DNA from: Podarcis erhardii
Lineage: Eukaryota
Length of the DNA: 64,000 nucleotides
Strand: one strand, 5' to 3'
Assembly: GCA_964252035.1 (NCBI GenBank)
Contig: OZ176205.1
Made by a program: the position numbers and the translations under genes. The notes beneath the pieces were generated by a model, which was not told the origin of the DNA, made no database searches, and worked only from the letters and a program-made list of their open reading frames with translations. Positions 63,947 to 64,000 of the stretch are shown here, in pieces (the stretch's first letter is position 1; every line of letters starts with the position of its first letter).

Positions 63947-64000
63947 CTGAGTAGACCCATTGAGTAGACCCATACTCTGAGTAGACCCATTGAAATGAAT

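Overview
Vertebrate (squamate, most likely lacertid lizard) genomic DNA, judged from its Sauria/POM-type SINEs, BovB, and squamate L1/L2/CR1 and MITE families. It has no prokaryotic features such as operons or CRISPR arrays. The one confidently identified gene is the 5' end of BCAR3 on the + strand: a CpG-island promoter and non-coding exon ending at 49989, a ~12.5 kb intron, and the first coding exon at 62540-62867 (MIAAGKFASLPRN...). The remaining ~50 kb upstream is intergenic or intronic and dense with transposable elements, many with exact TSDs. Most ORFs in the supplied track are TE-, microsatellite- or CpG-island-derived. The most unusual items are: (1) an apparently complete 1.85 kb L1-type element with 5'UTR, one short coiled-coil ORF, 3'UTR, polyA and 16-bp TSD but no ORF2 (HAL1-like); (2) a low-confidence, phase-compatible chain of unannotated + strand exons at 30.4-35.5 kb with a SAM-like motif; (3) a solo LTR nested in a tRNA-SINE; (4) a probable one-codon start shift and a uORF in BCAR3; (5) several long fold-back palindromes. 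All family names come from recognition by eye, not database searches.
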